Shown here: in pieces, positions 1 to 11,405 of the stretch | Numbering within the stretch: the stretch's first letter is position 1 | Layout: each line of letters opens with the position of its first letter | Origin: an uncultured Acidimicrobiaceae bacterium | GTDB lineage: Bacteria > Actinomycetota > Acidimicrobiia > Acidimicrobiales > RAAP-2 | Length of the DNA: 64,000 bases | Assembly (NCBI GenBank): GCA_963755445.1 | Contig: CAVWJQ010000010.1 | Span: 118,720 to 182,719, forward strand | Direction: 5' to 3' | Position numbers and translations under genes: made by a program | The notes under the pieces: model-generated | Told to the model about the DNA's origin: nothing | The model's input: only the letters and a program-made list of their open reading frames with translations | Databases searched by the model: none

Positions 1-220
1 GAGGCGAATTTGCCCACCACGCTGGAGGGGCCGGCACCGTCGCCGATCGAGCGTCAGGACGAAGCGCGTCGTGTCGGCCATCTGCCCGGTTCCGATCGGC
101 GCCGTCTCGAACGGAGCGGACCGAGGCGCCTTCGGCCAGTTGACCCGCCTGCGCCAGCGCGTCGGTCAGCCACTCCGGGGTGACGTCCGAGTGCTGGCGG
201 AGGAGCGGGGGCGGGGCCAT
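1..220 (-). CDS. Aminoglycoside/choline-kinase-like phosphotransferase family protein, N-terminal part (gene runs off the window start)
   Basis: Minus-strand start (cat at 218-220) gives MAPPPLLRQHSDVTPEWLTDALAQAGQLAEGASV..ETAPIGTGQMADTTRFVL..GDGAGPSSVVGKFAS, the usual N-terminus of actinobacterial APH-like kinases. Two frame changes are needed within 130 nt. Confidence 0.5.
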   Translation of the reverse strand, partial: MAPPPLLRQHSDVTPEWLTDALAQAGQLAEGASVRSVRDGADRNRADGRHDALRPDARSATVPAPPAWWANSP

Positions 221-275
221 GGCAGGCCGACACTATGGCCCGGCCTGGGGCGACGCGCCGACCCGCGGCCGCGTG

Positions 276-1499
276 TCACGACACGGCGTGGCCGGGCAGG
301 AGCGGGGGCGGATCCCGCAGGGCGCGGCTCGCCGTCGCCCAGACGGCCAGGCCGAGGGCCCAGGCGGTGAAGAAGGCCACTGTCCAGCGGGGCGTCGAGT
401 GCTGGAAGAGGAAGCCGGCAGCCAGAGGAGCGAGCGAGGCGGCGGAGAGGGCGATCGCGCTGCGGACGGATTCGGAGCGCCCCAGAAGCCGGTCGGGCGT
501 GGCGGCGATGCGGTACCCGTTCACGACCGAGTCCGTGGACGGCACGGCCAGGCCGACCGGCACCAGCCCCAGGGCCAGCACGACCGCACGCGGCCAGAGC
601 AGGAAGACGGCACAGCCCAACCAGGCCCACACCTCCAGGACGAGGACGGCGTGGACGGAGAGGGCGGACCGGATGAAGCGCGAGAGGAACGAGCCGACGA
701 CGACGCTGGCGGCGAAGACACCGGTCAGCAGCCCGATCACGCCGCCCGAGAGCCCCTCGCTCTGACCGATGATCACGATGCAGAACAACAGGCCGAGGGC
801 GCTGAAGTTCAGCAGGCCGTACAAGAAGGCGGTGGTGCGAAGGAAGGGCTGCCCCCACGTGAACGCCAGCCCTTCCGCGGCGCGCTGGCGGGCCGTGCCC
901 GGGTCCCGTTCGCGCTCCTCCTGGAAGCGGGCGCGCACGAACAGCAGCGAGATGGTCGAGCAGGCATAGGAGAGGGCATCGGCCAGGAAGGGAAGGGCGC
1001 GACCGGCTTCGAACAGGGCTCCGCCCAGCGGCGGCCCGATGATGCGCACCGCCGCCGACCGGCCACTCTGCGCGCCCGCCGCTGCCGGCAACTGCCCGGC
1101 GGGCACCACGGCTCGCAGCGCGCCCGGTTGGGCGGCATTGAAGACGGTGCTGCCGATGCCCTCGACGAAGGCGACGCACGGGAGGACCCAGAACGCGACT
1201 CCCCCGACGACGAGGCCGATCGCAAGGCCGCCGATGGCGGCGGCCCGCAATGCGTCGGCGGCGATCATCAGACCACGACGATTCCAGCGGTCCGCCAACA
1301 GACCGGCCGGGATGGCGAACAGCGCGATGGGGGCGGTGCGCGCAAAGGAGACGACACCCGCCTTCACGGCGGAGTGGGTCAGCGCAAGGGCCAGGAGCGG
1401 GTAGGCGATGGCCGTCGCCTGCGACCCGGCATCCGACAGGAACTGACCCGTCTGGAGGAGGACGAAGTCGCGGTTGCGCCGGAGGGGAACGGCCGCCAT
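276..1499 (-). CDS. MFS transporter (EntS/MFS_3-like exporter)
   Basis: Intact 407-aa ORF with about 12 hydrophobic segments. The MFS loop 2-3 signature is present (GLLADRWNRRGLM). Confidence 0.85.
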   Translation of the reverse strand: MAAVPLRRNRDFVLLQTGQFLSDAGSQATAIAYPLLALALTHSAVKAGVVSFARTAPIALFAIPAGLLADRWNRRGLMIAADALRAAAIGGLAIGLVVGGVAFWVLPCVAFVEGIGSTVFNAAQPGALRAVVPAGQLPAAAGAQSGRSAAVRIIGPPLGGALFEAGRALPFLADALSYACSTISLLFVRARFQEERERDPGTARQRAAEGLAFTWGQPFLRTTAFLYGLLNFSALGLLFCIVIIGQSEGLSGGVIGLLTGVFAASVVVGSFLSRFIRSALSVHAVLVLEVWAWLGCAVFLLWPRAVVLALGLVPVGLAVPSTDSVVNGYRIAATPDRLLGRSESVRSAIALSAASLAPLAAGFLFQHSTPRWTVAFFTAWALGLAVWATASRALRDPPPLLPGHAVS

Positions 1500-1734
1500 C
1501 CGGCGACGCTATCCCGCGCTGTGCCGCTGTCGGGATGACGAAGGCCGAGAGTGGCGGTGGAGAGTCACACGACGCGCGGAGCGGTGGGCCGAAGCGCTCG
1601 CGGCGCTGAAAAGACCTCCGGGCGCGACCGAAAACCCCTGTTCAGCGGCCGCCGACCTCCTCCGAGGGCGGGGCGCCGCGGTACTGTCGGGGGAGCCGTG
1701 GGGACGGAGGCCGCAGCGGGACAACTGCGGACGA

Positions 1735-2554
1735 GTGAAAGCGGGTGTACCCGTGCACGCAGCCTCCCCCCGACTCGCCCGGAGCATCGCCTTCGCAACC
1801 GGCAGCCTCGCACTCTCGCTCCCCTTCTTCCCTTCCGCCGCGTCAGCTGCCGGCACCCCGGAACAGGTCGCCCTGACGTCCTTCGCCGCCACCTCGACAC
1901 AGTGCAGCGGCCCGACGTACCTGCCCGTGGCCGATCCCGCAATGAGGGAGGTCTACGCGGAGCTCGACGCGCTGGCCGGAGCAGCGCCCGGAGCAGGACC
2001 GTACCCGCCGACCTTCAGCAGCTGTTCGCCGTTGCCCTCGGTGGCCGCCCCGATCGTCGGCGACGCGTCGGTCACTTCCGTCACGTCTCCGAGCGGCACG
2101 GCCAGCGTGTCGGCGCAAGCGGTCGGCAACCAACTGGTCGAGGAGTCGGCGAATGTGTACACCACGCTCAGCGGCTCCATCACGTTGAGCGCCCCCGCCT
2201 CCGTCCGTCACCTTCTCGGTCCCCTACACCACCTCGGGGCTCTCGCAGTCCGGCGCAGAGGATCCCTTCGCCCTGGTGTCGTTCACCGCGGCAACGGGAC
2301 TGATCGGCTGCGTGGACGGCTCCGACGGGATCTGGTCGAACCCGCCCGGGCAATACGATCTCGCCTCGCCCATGGGCCCGGGCGAGGGGACGGCCGCCGT
2401 CGAGGTCTTCTGCCCCGACGGCTCGCAGCTCGCGCCCGGCACCGTCGGGCTCGGAGTGAACCTGTTGGCCAGCGCGTACTCGGACAATGGTCAGAACGAC
2501 GTGGCATCCGCCGACATCTCCCTGCACGGAGTCACGGCGACCATCAACTCCTGA
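1735..2554 (+). CDS. Secreted hypothetical protein (signal peptide, 4 Cys)
   Basis: GTG start followed by a signal-like ARSIAFATGSLALSLPFFPSAASAAG. Body stitched from ORF 1474..2634 and ORF 2276..2554, with a frame change in the C5 run near 2190. I recognise no family. Confidence 0.45.
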
Positions 2555-2555
2555 A

Positions 2556-3770
2556 TCAGTTGATGTGGATGCCCGAGATCGCCCGGGAGATCACCAGCCG
2601 CTGCACCTCGGAGGTCCCCTCGAAGATGGTGTAGATCTTCGAGTCCCGGTGCCACTGCTCGACCGGGTTCTCCCGGACGTAGCCGTAGCCACCGAGGATC
2701 TGGATGGCCTGGTCGGTCACCCACACGGCGTTCTCGCCGGCGTAGAGCTTGGACATGGAGCCCTCGCCGTTCTCGAACTTCTTGCCGGTGCTGGCCATGT
2801 TGGCGGCCCGGTGCACGAGCAGGCGGGCGGCGTCCGTGTGCATCTTCATGTCGGCCAGCTTGAAGGCGATGGCCTGGTTCTCGATGATGGCGCGGCCGAA
2901 CTGCTTGCGCTCCTTGGCGTAGTCGAGCGAGTACTCGTAGGCGGCGCGGGCGATGCCGACGGCCTGGGCGCCCACGATCGGACGGGACGCCTCGAAGGTG
3001 GCCATGGCCGCCTGGGTGGAGGTCTTCTTGCCTTCCTTGGCCCGGGCCAGACGCTCGTCCAGCTTCTCCTTGCCGCCGAGCAGGCAGCGCCCCGGCACCC
3101 GGCAGTCGTCGAGGACGACCTCGGCCGTGTGCGAGGCGCGGATACCCATCTTCTTGAACTTCTGGCCCTGGGAGATGCCCGGCGTCCCCTCGGGCACGAC
3201 GAAGCTGGCCTGGCCGCGGCTGCCGAGCGCCGGGTCGACCGAGAGCACCAGCACGTGCGTGTTGGCGATGCCGCCGTTGGTGATCCACGTCTTCGTGCCG
3301 TTGAGCACCCATTCGTCCTTGGCCTCGTCGTAGACGGCCCGCGACTTCAGGGAGGAGACGTCCGAGCCGGCGTCGGGCTCGGAGACCCCGAACGCCGCCA
3401 GCTTCACGTCGTCGGGCGTCCCGAAGCACTGCGGGATCCACTCGCCGATCTGCTCGGGGGTGCCGTTGGCGAAGATCCCGGCCACGGCGAGCGTGGAGCC
3501 GAAGATGGCCAACGCGATGCCGGCGTCACCCCAGCTCATCTCCTCGTTGACGAGGCACATGAGCAGACCGGTCGGGTCCGAGAAGCACTGCGCGATGAAG
3601 TCGAACGAGTACAGACCGTTCTTGGCCGCCTCCTGGATGATCGGCCACGGGGTCTCCTCCCGCTCGTCCCACTCGGGGCCGGCGGGGCGGACGACGTTCT
3701 CGGCGAACTCGTGCACCCACTTGACGATCTGGAGCTGGTCCTCGTTGAGTTCGAGGGAGTAGTCGGACAT
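2556..3770 (-). CDS. Acyl-CoA dehydrogenase
   Basis: Intact ORF from MSDYSLELNEDQLQIVKWVHEFAENVVRPAG. Has ACAD-typical blocks (FGVSEPDAGSD, WITNGG, YTIFEGTSEVQRLVISRAISG). Confidence 0.9.
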   Translation of the reverse strand: MSDYSLELNEDQLQIVKWVHEFAENVVRPAGPEWDEREETPWPIIQEAAKNGLYSFDFIAQCFSDPTGLLMCLVNEEMSWGDAGIALAIFGSTLAVAGIFANGTPEQIGEWIPQCFGTPDDVKLAAFGVSEPDAGSDVSSLKSRAVYDEAKDEWVLNGTKTWITNGGIANTHVLVLSVDPALGSRGQASFVVPEGTPGISQGQKFKKMGIRASHTAEVVLDDCRVPGRCLLGGKEKLDERLARAKEGKKTSTQAAMATFEASRPIVGAQAVGIARAAYEYSLDYAKERKQFGRAIIENQAIAFKLADMKMHTDAARLLVHRAANMASTGKKFENGEGSMSKLYAGENAVWVTDQAIQILGGYGYVRENPVEQWHRDSKIYTIFEGTSEVQRLVISRAISGIHIN

Positions 3771-3957
3771 GGTGCGTCCTCCTTGCACGACCCGGCAACG
3801 GCCGGGGCCTGCGTCTCGTGGAACCGCAACTGGACGACGTTCGCCACCTCCGCGCGGCGAACCCAGGGCTTCCGTTGTTACTCAACAGTAACCTACGCCG
3901 CGGTAACAAGTCCACACACGTGGAGGAAACAGGCGCTGAACTGGGAGTTCTGCCAGA

Positions 3958-5354
3958 TCAGCGACGGATGGCGGTGCCGCCCGGGGTGTCCTCGACGGTC
4001 CACCCGCGGGCGACCAGCTCGTCCCGCAGGGCATCGGCCCGGGCGAAGTCCTTGGCCGCCCGGGCCTCGTCGCGCTCGGCCACCAGCCGGGCCGACTCCT
4101 CGTCGACCTCGGCATCCGACCGCCCGCAGCGGCACGCCCAGCGCGGCCAGGAGGACGGCGGCGGTGCCGGCCAGGCGCTGTGCCTTCGGCCTCGTCGCCG
4201 GCGTCTGCGGCCGAATTGGCCGCCGTCACCAGCTCGAAGATGCCGGCCAGTGCTCCCGGCGTGTCCATGTCGTCGTCCATGCGGGCATGGAATGCGGCCA
4301 GCGCACCCGCGATCGGCGTCGCCGGCGTCGCGCTCCTCGACCACGTAGCCCGGGCCCTCGGCGAGCAGGTCGCCGAGGCCGAAGCGCCGGGCCAAGCCGT
4401 CGAGCCGGTCGAGCGCCTTCTCGGCGTCGGCCAGCGTCGGCGCGGTCACCTCGACGGGCGACCGGTAGTGCGCCCGCAGCACCAGGAGGCGGTAGGCGCG
4501 CTCGTCGCAGCGGGTGAGCAGATCGGTGAGCGACGTGAAGTTGCCGAGGGACTTGGACATCTTCGTCCCGTCGACCTCGACCCAGCCGTTGTGCACCCAG
4601 TGCTGGGCGAAGGGCCGACCTTCGGCGACGGCCTGGGCCCGCTCGTTCTCGTGGTGCGGAAACGCCAGGTCCCGGCCGCCGCCGTGGAGGTCGAAACCGT
4701 CGCCGAGCAGGTCGAGCGACATCACGACGCACTCGGTGTGCCAGCCGGGGCGGCCGGCTCCCCAGGGCGCGTCCCAGCTGGGCTCGCCCTCCTTGGCCTT
4801 CTTCCACAAGGCGAAGTCCAGCGGCGACCGCTTCTCGTCGCTGCCTTCGACTCGAGCGCCCGCCTTGAGCGAGTCGAGGCTCTGAAGGGCCAGGAGCCCG
4901 TAGCCCGGCACCTGCTCGACGTTGAGATAGACCCCGTCGGACGTCTCGTAGGCCACGCCGCGCGTCGAGCAGGTCCCCCACCAGGTCCACCATGTCGGCG
5001 ATGTAGGCCGTGGCGTGCGGCGTCTCGTCCGGGCCGGAGCACGCCCAGGGCGTCCATGGCCTCCCACCAGCGCGCCTCGAACTCGGCGGCCACCTCCGGC
5101 TCCGTCCTGCCCTGCTCGTTCGCCCGCTTGATGATGTTGTCGTCGACATCGGTGATGTTGGACACGTAGCGGACGGCCAGCCCGCAGAAGAGCAGGTAGC
5201 GGCGCAGGACGTCGAAGACCAGGTTGTAGCGGCCGTGCCCGATGTGCGGAAGGTCGTAGACCGTGGGGCCGCAGACGTACATCGACACCTCGCCGGCCGT
5301 GCGTTGCTCCAGCGGGCGGACCGTGCCCGTTGCGGTGTCGTGAAGGCGCAGCAC
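3958..5354 (-). CDS. cysS: Cysteine--tRNA ligase (at least 4 apparent frame changes)
   Basis: GTG start, MLRLHDTATGTVRPLEQ, and a HIGH motif (PHIGHGR) in ORF 4722..5354. KMSKS (TKMSKSLGN) and the C-terminal DALRDELVARGWTVEDTPGG are in ORF 3958..5430. Short segments lie in two other frames (DETPHATAYIADMVDLV; MDDDMDTPGALAGIFELV). Confidence 0.85.
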
Positions 5355-5374
5355 CCGGGTACGGTAACCCGATC

Positions 5375-7924
5375 ATGTCGACCCCAACGACCGGAGCGCC
5401 CCGCGTCCCCGAGAAGCCCACGCTGGACAATCTCGAGGAGCGTTGGGCCCCGGCCTGGGAGGAAGCGGGGACCTACCGGTTCGACGACACGGCCACCCGG
5501 GACGAGGTGTTCTCCATCGACACGCCCCCGCCGACGGTGTCCGGCTCCCTCCACATGGGCTCGGTCTTCGGCTACGTGCAGACCGACGCCATCGCCCGCT
5601 ACCGGCGCATGCGGGGGTGGAAGCTCTTCTACCCGATGGGATGGGACGACAACGGGCTCCCGACCGAGCGCCGGGTCCAGACCTACTTCGGGGTGACCTG
5701 CGACCCCTCCCTCCCCTACGACCCGGACTTCACCCCGCCCGAGGAGCCGGGCAAGGACGACATCCCCGTCAGCCGGCCCAACTTCATTGCGCTCTGCCAC
5801 CAGCTCACCGCCGAGGACGAGCGGGCCTTCGAGGGCTTGTGGCGGCGGGTGGGCCTGTCGGTCGACTGGGGCCGCACGTACGCCACCATCGACGACAGGA
5901 GCCGGCGGACCAGCCAGCGCATGTTCCTCCACAACCTGGCCCGGGGCGAGGCCTACACCTCCGAGGCGCCCACGCTCTGGGACGTGGACTTCCAGACGGC
6001 GGTGGCCCAGGCGGAGATGGAGGACCGCGAACTGGCCGGCGCCTACCACCGCCTCCGGTTCGACGACATCGAGATCGAGACGACCCGGCCCGAGTTGGTG
6101 GCCGCCTGCGTGGCCCTGGTGGCCCACCCCGACGACGAGCGCTACGCCGCCCGCTTCGGCTCGACGGTGCACACGCCGCTCTTCGGGGTCGAGGTGCCCG
6201 TCCTCGCCCATCCCCTGGCCGAGCCGGACAAGGGCTCGGGCATCGCCATGATCTGCACGTTCGGCGACGTGACCGACGTCGTGTGGTGGCGCGAGCTCGA
6301 CCTGCCGACACGGAGCATCGTGACCCGGTCGGGGCGCATCACCGAAACGCCGCCGCCCGGCGTGCCCGACGGCGAGGCCTGGCGGGCCATCGCCGGCCGA
6401 AGCGTGAAGCAGGCGCAACGGGCCATGGTCGAAATGCTGGCCGCATCGGGGGACATGATCGGCGAGCCCCGGCCGATTCAACATGCCGGTGAAGTTCTAC
6501 GAGCGGGGAAGCCGCCCGCTCGAAATCGTCACGAGCCGGCAGTGGTTCATCCGCAATGGAGGACGCGACGACGCGCTGCGCCGGCAGCTCCTCGACCGCG
6601 GGACCCAGCTCGACTGGCACCCGCCCTACATGCAGGTCCGCTTCGACGACTGGGTGAGCGGCCTCAACGGCGACTGGCTGGTCAGCCGCCAGCGCTTCTT
6701 CGGCGTGCCCGTGCCGGTCTGGTACCCCGTCGGCCCCGACGGCGAGGCCGACCACACGTCTCCCATCGTTCCCGAACGAGTCGATGTTGCCGGTCGACCC
6801 GACGACAGACGTCCCCCCGGGCTACACGCCCGAGCAGCGGGGCGTGCCCGGGGGGTTCACCGGCGACCCCGATGTCATGGACACCTGGGCCACCTCGTCG
6901 GTGACACCGCAGATCGCCTGCGGCTGGGAGGACGACCCGGCGCTGTTCGCCGCCACCTTCCCCATGGATCTCCGACCCCAGGGACCCGAGATCATCCGCA
7001 CCTGGCTCTTCTCGACCTTGCTGCGCTCGCACCAGGAGCACGGCGTGCTGCCCTGGCGGCACACGACCATCAACGGCTGGATCCTGGACAAGGACCGCAA
7101 GAAGATGTCCAAGTCGAAGGGCAACGTGATCACGCCCATGGCCACGCTCGAGGAGTTCGGCTCCGACGCCGTGCGCTACTGGGCCTGCAACGGGCGGCCG
7201 GGAACGGACACCGCCCTCGACGTGGGCGTCATGAAGATCGGCCGCCGGCTGGCGATCAAGGTCCTCAACGCATCGAAGTTCGCGCTGGGCCGGCTTGGGC
7301 GAAGGCCCGATCCCCGGGCTCGACGCCGTGCACATGCCTCTGGACGCTGCGCTGCTGGCGCAGCTGGCCGCTCTCGTCGAGGCGGCCACGGCGGCCCACG
7401 ACGAGTTCGACTACGCACGCGCCCTCGAGGTGACCGAGACGTTCTTCTGGTCCTTCTGCGACGACTACGTCGAGCTGGTCAAGACACGCGCCTACGGCGA
7501 GGGCGGCGCCGGCGGGACCGACTCGGCCCGGGCGACGTTGGCGCTCGCCCTCTCCGTCCTGCACCGGCTCTTCGCGCCGTTCCTCCCCTTCGTCACCGAA
7601 GAGGTCTGGAGCTGGTGGCAGGACGGCTCGGTGCACCTGGCGGCCTGGCCCGAGGCCGCCGACGCTGGGCCGCACGCCGGCGCCGACCAGTCCGTGCTGA
7701 CGGTCGCGTCCGAGGTCCTTGGCGCCGTCCGCCGGGAGAAGACCGCCAACAAGCGCTCCATGCGGGCGCGTGTGGCCCTCCTCACCGTCAGCGGTCCGCC
7801 CGCGACGCTGGCCGCGGTCGAGGCGGCCCGCGGCGACATCGTCGACGCCGGGGGCGTGGACGAGCTGGTCGTGTCGGCTGCAGACGAGCTGTCGGTGCAG
7901 GTGGTCCTGGCAGAGGAACCCTGA
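5375..7924 (+). CDS. valS: Valine--tRNA ligase (3 apparent frame changes near 6478, 6785, 7290)
   Basis: Stitched from ORFs 5330.., 6483.., 6784.. and 7295..7924. Motifs present: PPTVSGSLHMGSVFGY (HIGH-type), KMSKSKGNVITP, CP1 editing region, anticodon-binding tail. No C-terminal coiled coil. Confidence 0.9.
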
Positions 7925-7933
7925 CCGCGAGCG

Positions 7934-8640
7934 TCAGAGATAGGCGGACTCGCGCCGCGTCGGCCATCTCCTCCGGCGTCCCCTCGTGGGCGACCCGCCC
8001 GTGCAACATGATGGCGGCCCGGTTCGCCACACCGAGCGCGGTCTCCGCGAATTGCTCGACCACGACGACGGTCACCCCGCCGGCGGCGATGGCCGCCACC
8101 AGCTCGTAGAGGTGGCCCACAATGATGGGCGCGAGCCCCATGGAGAGCTCATCGAGCAGCAGCAGCTTGGTCTCGCCGGCCAACGCACGCGAAATGGCCA
8201 ACATCTGCTGCTCGCCGCCCGAGAGCGTTCCGGCCAGTTGCTTCCGGCGTTCCTTCAGGCGTGGGAACTGCTCGTAGGCCCGTGCCTCGACCTCGGCCGT
8301 GGTGAGACCCCCGCGGTAGGTCCACATGCGCAGGTTGTCGCGTACCGTCAGGTTGGGAAAGACGCCACGACCCTCCGGGATGGCGACGACGCCGGCCCGC
8401 GCCAAAATGTCGGGCTTCCAGCTCGAAGGCGTCACCCAGTCCACCGCGACCGTCCCCGCCGTCGGGCGCAGGCGGCCGTTCACGACCTTGAGGAGCGTGC
8501 TCTTGCCGGCCCCGTTCGGGCCCGAGCAGGGCGAACACGCTGCCGGCAGGCACCTGGAGATCCACGCCGTGCAGCACCTCAATGCGCCCGTAGGCCGCGT
8601 GGACGCCCTCGATCGTCACGCCGGCGCCCGGCTCCAGCAT
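7934..8640 (-). CDS. livF: Branched-chain amino acid ABC transporter ATP-binding protein LivF-type (2 frame changes)
   Basis: MLEPGAGVTIEGVHAAYGRIEVLHGVDL, Walker A GPNGAGKST, LSGGEQQMLAISRAL, LLLDELSMGLAP. The expected ..VR.AYL* end reappears after a 1-nt shift at about 7945, giving the stop at 7934-7936. Confidence 0.8.
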
Positions 8641-8659
8641 TCTCGGCGCCCGTCTCGCG

Positions 8660-9401
8660 TCACCCTGCATCCTTGGCGTGGCCCAGGTAGGCCTCCTGCA
8701 CGGCCGGGTTCTCCCGGATGGCGTCGGGGGGACCCGAGGCGATGACCTGGCCGAAGTCGAGCACGTGCACGGTCGAGCAGATCTGCATCACGAGGTCGGT
8801 GTCGTGCTCGACCAGCAGGATGGCGCGACCCTCGGCCGCCAACGCCGTGAGGAGGCGGCCCAGCGCCGCGCTCTCGTGCTCATCGAGACCGGAGAACGGC
8901 TCGTCGAGCAGGAGGACCTTCGGATCCGTCGACAGGGCGCGGGCAAGCTCGACCAGTCGTGCCGACCCTGTCGGCAGGGACGACACCGGCGCGGCAGCCT
9001 CCTCACCCACCCCGACGCGCTCCAGCAGGTCGAGGGCGGCAGACGGCGGTGCGCCCCGCTCGCTTGCCTCGAGCCCGACGCGCACATTGTCCGCGGCGCT
9101 GAGGGTCGAGAAGAGCTCAAGGCGTTGGAAGGTGCGCGCCATGCCGAGCCGGGCCCGCCGGTAGGTGCGCATCCGCGTGACATCGGTCCCGTCGAGCGAC
9201 ACGGAACCGCTGCTGGGTCGCTGCAGGCCGGTGATGACGTTGAACAACGTGGTCTTGCCCGCGCCGTTCGGGCCGATCAGACCGGTGACCGACTCCCGCT
9301 TCGGCACGGAGCGAGACGCCGGCGAGAGCGGCCACCCCACCGAAGCGGACGCTCACCTGCTCCACGGCGAGCGCGGCGACGGCGTCAGTGTCAGGCGGCA
9401 C
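8660..9401 (-). CDS. livG: Branched-chain amino acid ABC transporter ATP-binding protein LivG-type (1 frame change near 9300)
   Basis: LAVEQVSVRFGGVAALAGVSL, GLIGPNGAGKTTLFNVITG, LLLDEPFSGL, C-terminal NPAVQEAYLG. Confidence 0.8.
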
Positions 9402-10394
9402 TGGCCACCTCGCGCTCCATCGCCATGAGGCTCGACCTCATTGTCGGCGTCCCCGAACGGCAGCCGCACCCGGTTCGTGAGCCACGTCATGCCCAGCACG
9501 CCCTCGGGGTGCCGCGCCAGCAGCACGATGCCGATGCCCGCCGTCAGTCCGATCAGGTCGGCCAGCGACGTGGGCAGGTGGGTCTGCAGGACGGGGAGCG
9601 CTGCGGCCGTCATGCCTCCGAGGAGCGCGCCGGTCAGGGTGCGGATCCCCCAGATGGCCACGAAGAGGAGCAGCGTGAGGCTGCCGATGTACTGCACGTC
9701 GGTGGCCCCGATGCCCCCCTGCTGTCCGGCGTAGAAGACGCCGCCGAGTCCCGCCATGGCGGCCGACAGGCTGAACACGATCACCTTTGTGCGTACCGCG
9801 TTGAGCCCGACCATGGCGAAGGCCGCCGGCGAGTCGCTCATGGCCACGAGCCGCCGGCCGTACGCGCTGCCGGCGCACCAGGCCGACGAGCAGGCACACA
9901 AGCGCTGCCGCCACGGCGACCTCGATGAGCTCGGCCTGATTGCCCACCGTGCTCATGAAGGGCAGCCGCAGCCGGCCGACGTCGAATCTGGGTCCCGTCG
10001 GAGATCACGCTCGAGTTGTCGAAGAAGGCGGAGTACATGACGGCGCCGAAGGCAAGGGTCGCCAGCGCGAGGTAGAGGCCGCGCAGACGCAGGGTCGGGC
10101 AGGGCCACCAGCGCCCCGACGGCGCCCGACACGGCGACCGCCAGGAGCAGGCCCCACCAGGAATCGCCGCCGAGCGTCTTGCCCATGGTGAAGGCACCGA
10201 TCCCCATGAAGGTGAGCTGGCAGAGCGAGACCTGCCCGGCAAAGCCGACGAGCAGCACGAGCGAGAGGCCCACAATGCCGAGCGCCAGTCCCTGCGAAAG
10301 GGTCGACAGGGCGGTCGGTACCCACCATGGCGGCCAGGACCACCATCAGCGCGACGAGGAGGACGGCACCCGCAGCGGACTGGCGCGCCGTCAC
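9353..10394 (-). CDS. livM: Branched-chain amino acid ABC transporter permease LivM-type (several frame changes; ends approximate)
   Basis: Fragments GLSLVLLVGFAGQVSLCQLTFMGIGAF, LRLRGLYLALATLAFG, SDSPAAFAMVGLNAVRTKVIVFSLSAAMAGLGG. Its GTG start overlaps the livH stop (GTGA at 10391-10394). Confidence 0.65.
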
Positions 10395-11355
10395 CACCCT
10401 GGGCACGGCCGTCGGAGGGCCAGGCGCCCGGCCGGGGCGAGCCGGGCCGCCGGGATCACGAGCAGCGCCACGAAGAGGAACGACGACCGGGATCACCTCG
10501 ACGAGAACGGCGGCGAGTCCGGCATTGATGTGGCCGGGAAGGTAGCCCTGCGCGTAGTAGGTGACGAGGCCGAGGATGAGCGCGCCGACGAACGTCATGG
10601 GAAGGCTGCGCAGCCGACCGACCACCGCGGCCGCGAAGCCGTTCAGGGCCAGGAGCGTCAGCTGGGTCGACGTCAAGCCGGTCTGTCCGACGAGCGGAGC
10701 GATGAGCACGCCGGCGAGGGCGGCGAGCATGAAGCCCAGCACCCAGCCCATCTGCGACAGCCGGTACGGCTTGGCGCCGGCCAGCGCGACGAGCTCGGGG
10801 TCGTCGACCACCGCGCGCATGGCGACGCCGAGCCGGGCCCGGCGCAGGAACAAGCCGAGCCCGACGCCCACCACCGCGGTGACGACCACGATCATGATCT
10901 GCTGGTACTGCAGCGTGACCCCGTTGGCTCCGAACAGGCGGACCGACAAGCACCGTTCCGTCCGATTGGGTGAAGAAGGGCGGGACGGCGCGGATGATGT
11001 CGGGGCTGCTCCAGAAGATGGTGGCGACGCCGAGCAGAATCACCAGGAGGCCGAGCGACACCATGAGCGACCGCTCGACCGTGGCCCCGTGGATGCGCCG
11101 GAAGAGCACGAACTCGACGATGAGCCCGAGGAGCGGCGCCTCGACGAAGACGATGAACGCAATGGCGAGCAGGAACGGCCAGTGCTCGTTCTGCCACAAC
11201 TCCCAGTACGAGAAGGCGGCCACCATGCCCACGGCGCCCTGGGCGAAGTTGAAGACGCCCGTGGTGTTGTAGGTCACGACCAGGCCGATGGCCAGGAGGC
11301 CGTAGACCGCGCCGAAGACGATGCCGAGGACGGTGAACGAGAGGAAGGCGCTCAC
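10391..11355 (-). CDS. livH: Branched-chain amino acid ABC transporter permease LivH-type (at least 2 frame changes)
   Basis: VSAFLSFTVLGIVFGAVYGLLAIGLVVTYNTTGVFNFAQGAVGMV and MRAVVDDPELVALAGAKPYRLSQMGWVLG, typical of LivH. Confidence 0.7.
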
Positions 11356-11405
11356 CGCCTCAACTCTCAGGCCCACTGCGAAACTCCCGACCGCGACGCC
11401 GGGCC

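Noticed and set aside
3877-3892. BldD box (TNAC-N5-GTNA) upstream of the acyl-CoA dehydrogenase gene
   Set aside because: The palindrome reads TTAC-N6-GTAA. The spacer is one nucleotide too long for the published consensus, and there is no developmental gene context.
2487-6484. Long antisense ORFs: 2487..4517 and 4226..6484, and likewise 18141..19574, 35592..36905 beyond 35710, 53978..55510, 58440..60425 and 62169..63779
   Set aside because: Each lies opposite a gene with clear family motifs. They have low-complexity R/G/P/A/D/H-rich translations and no recognisable motifs, and are expected by chance at this GC content.
9353-11355. A single fused LivH-LivM permease suggested by ORF 10005..10949 reading through both
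   Set aside because: A 1-nt shift restores a LivH-type C-terminus ending in TGA at 10391-10393, overlapping a GTG start for LivM (GTGA). The read-through segment is Arg/Pro/Gly-rich non-protein-like text.
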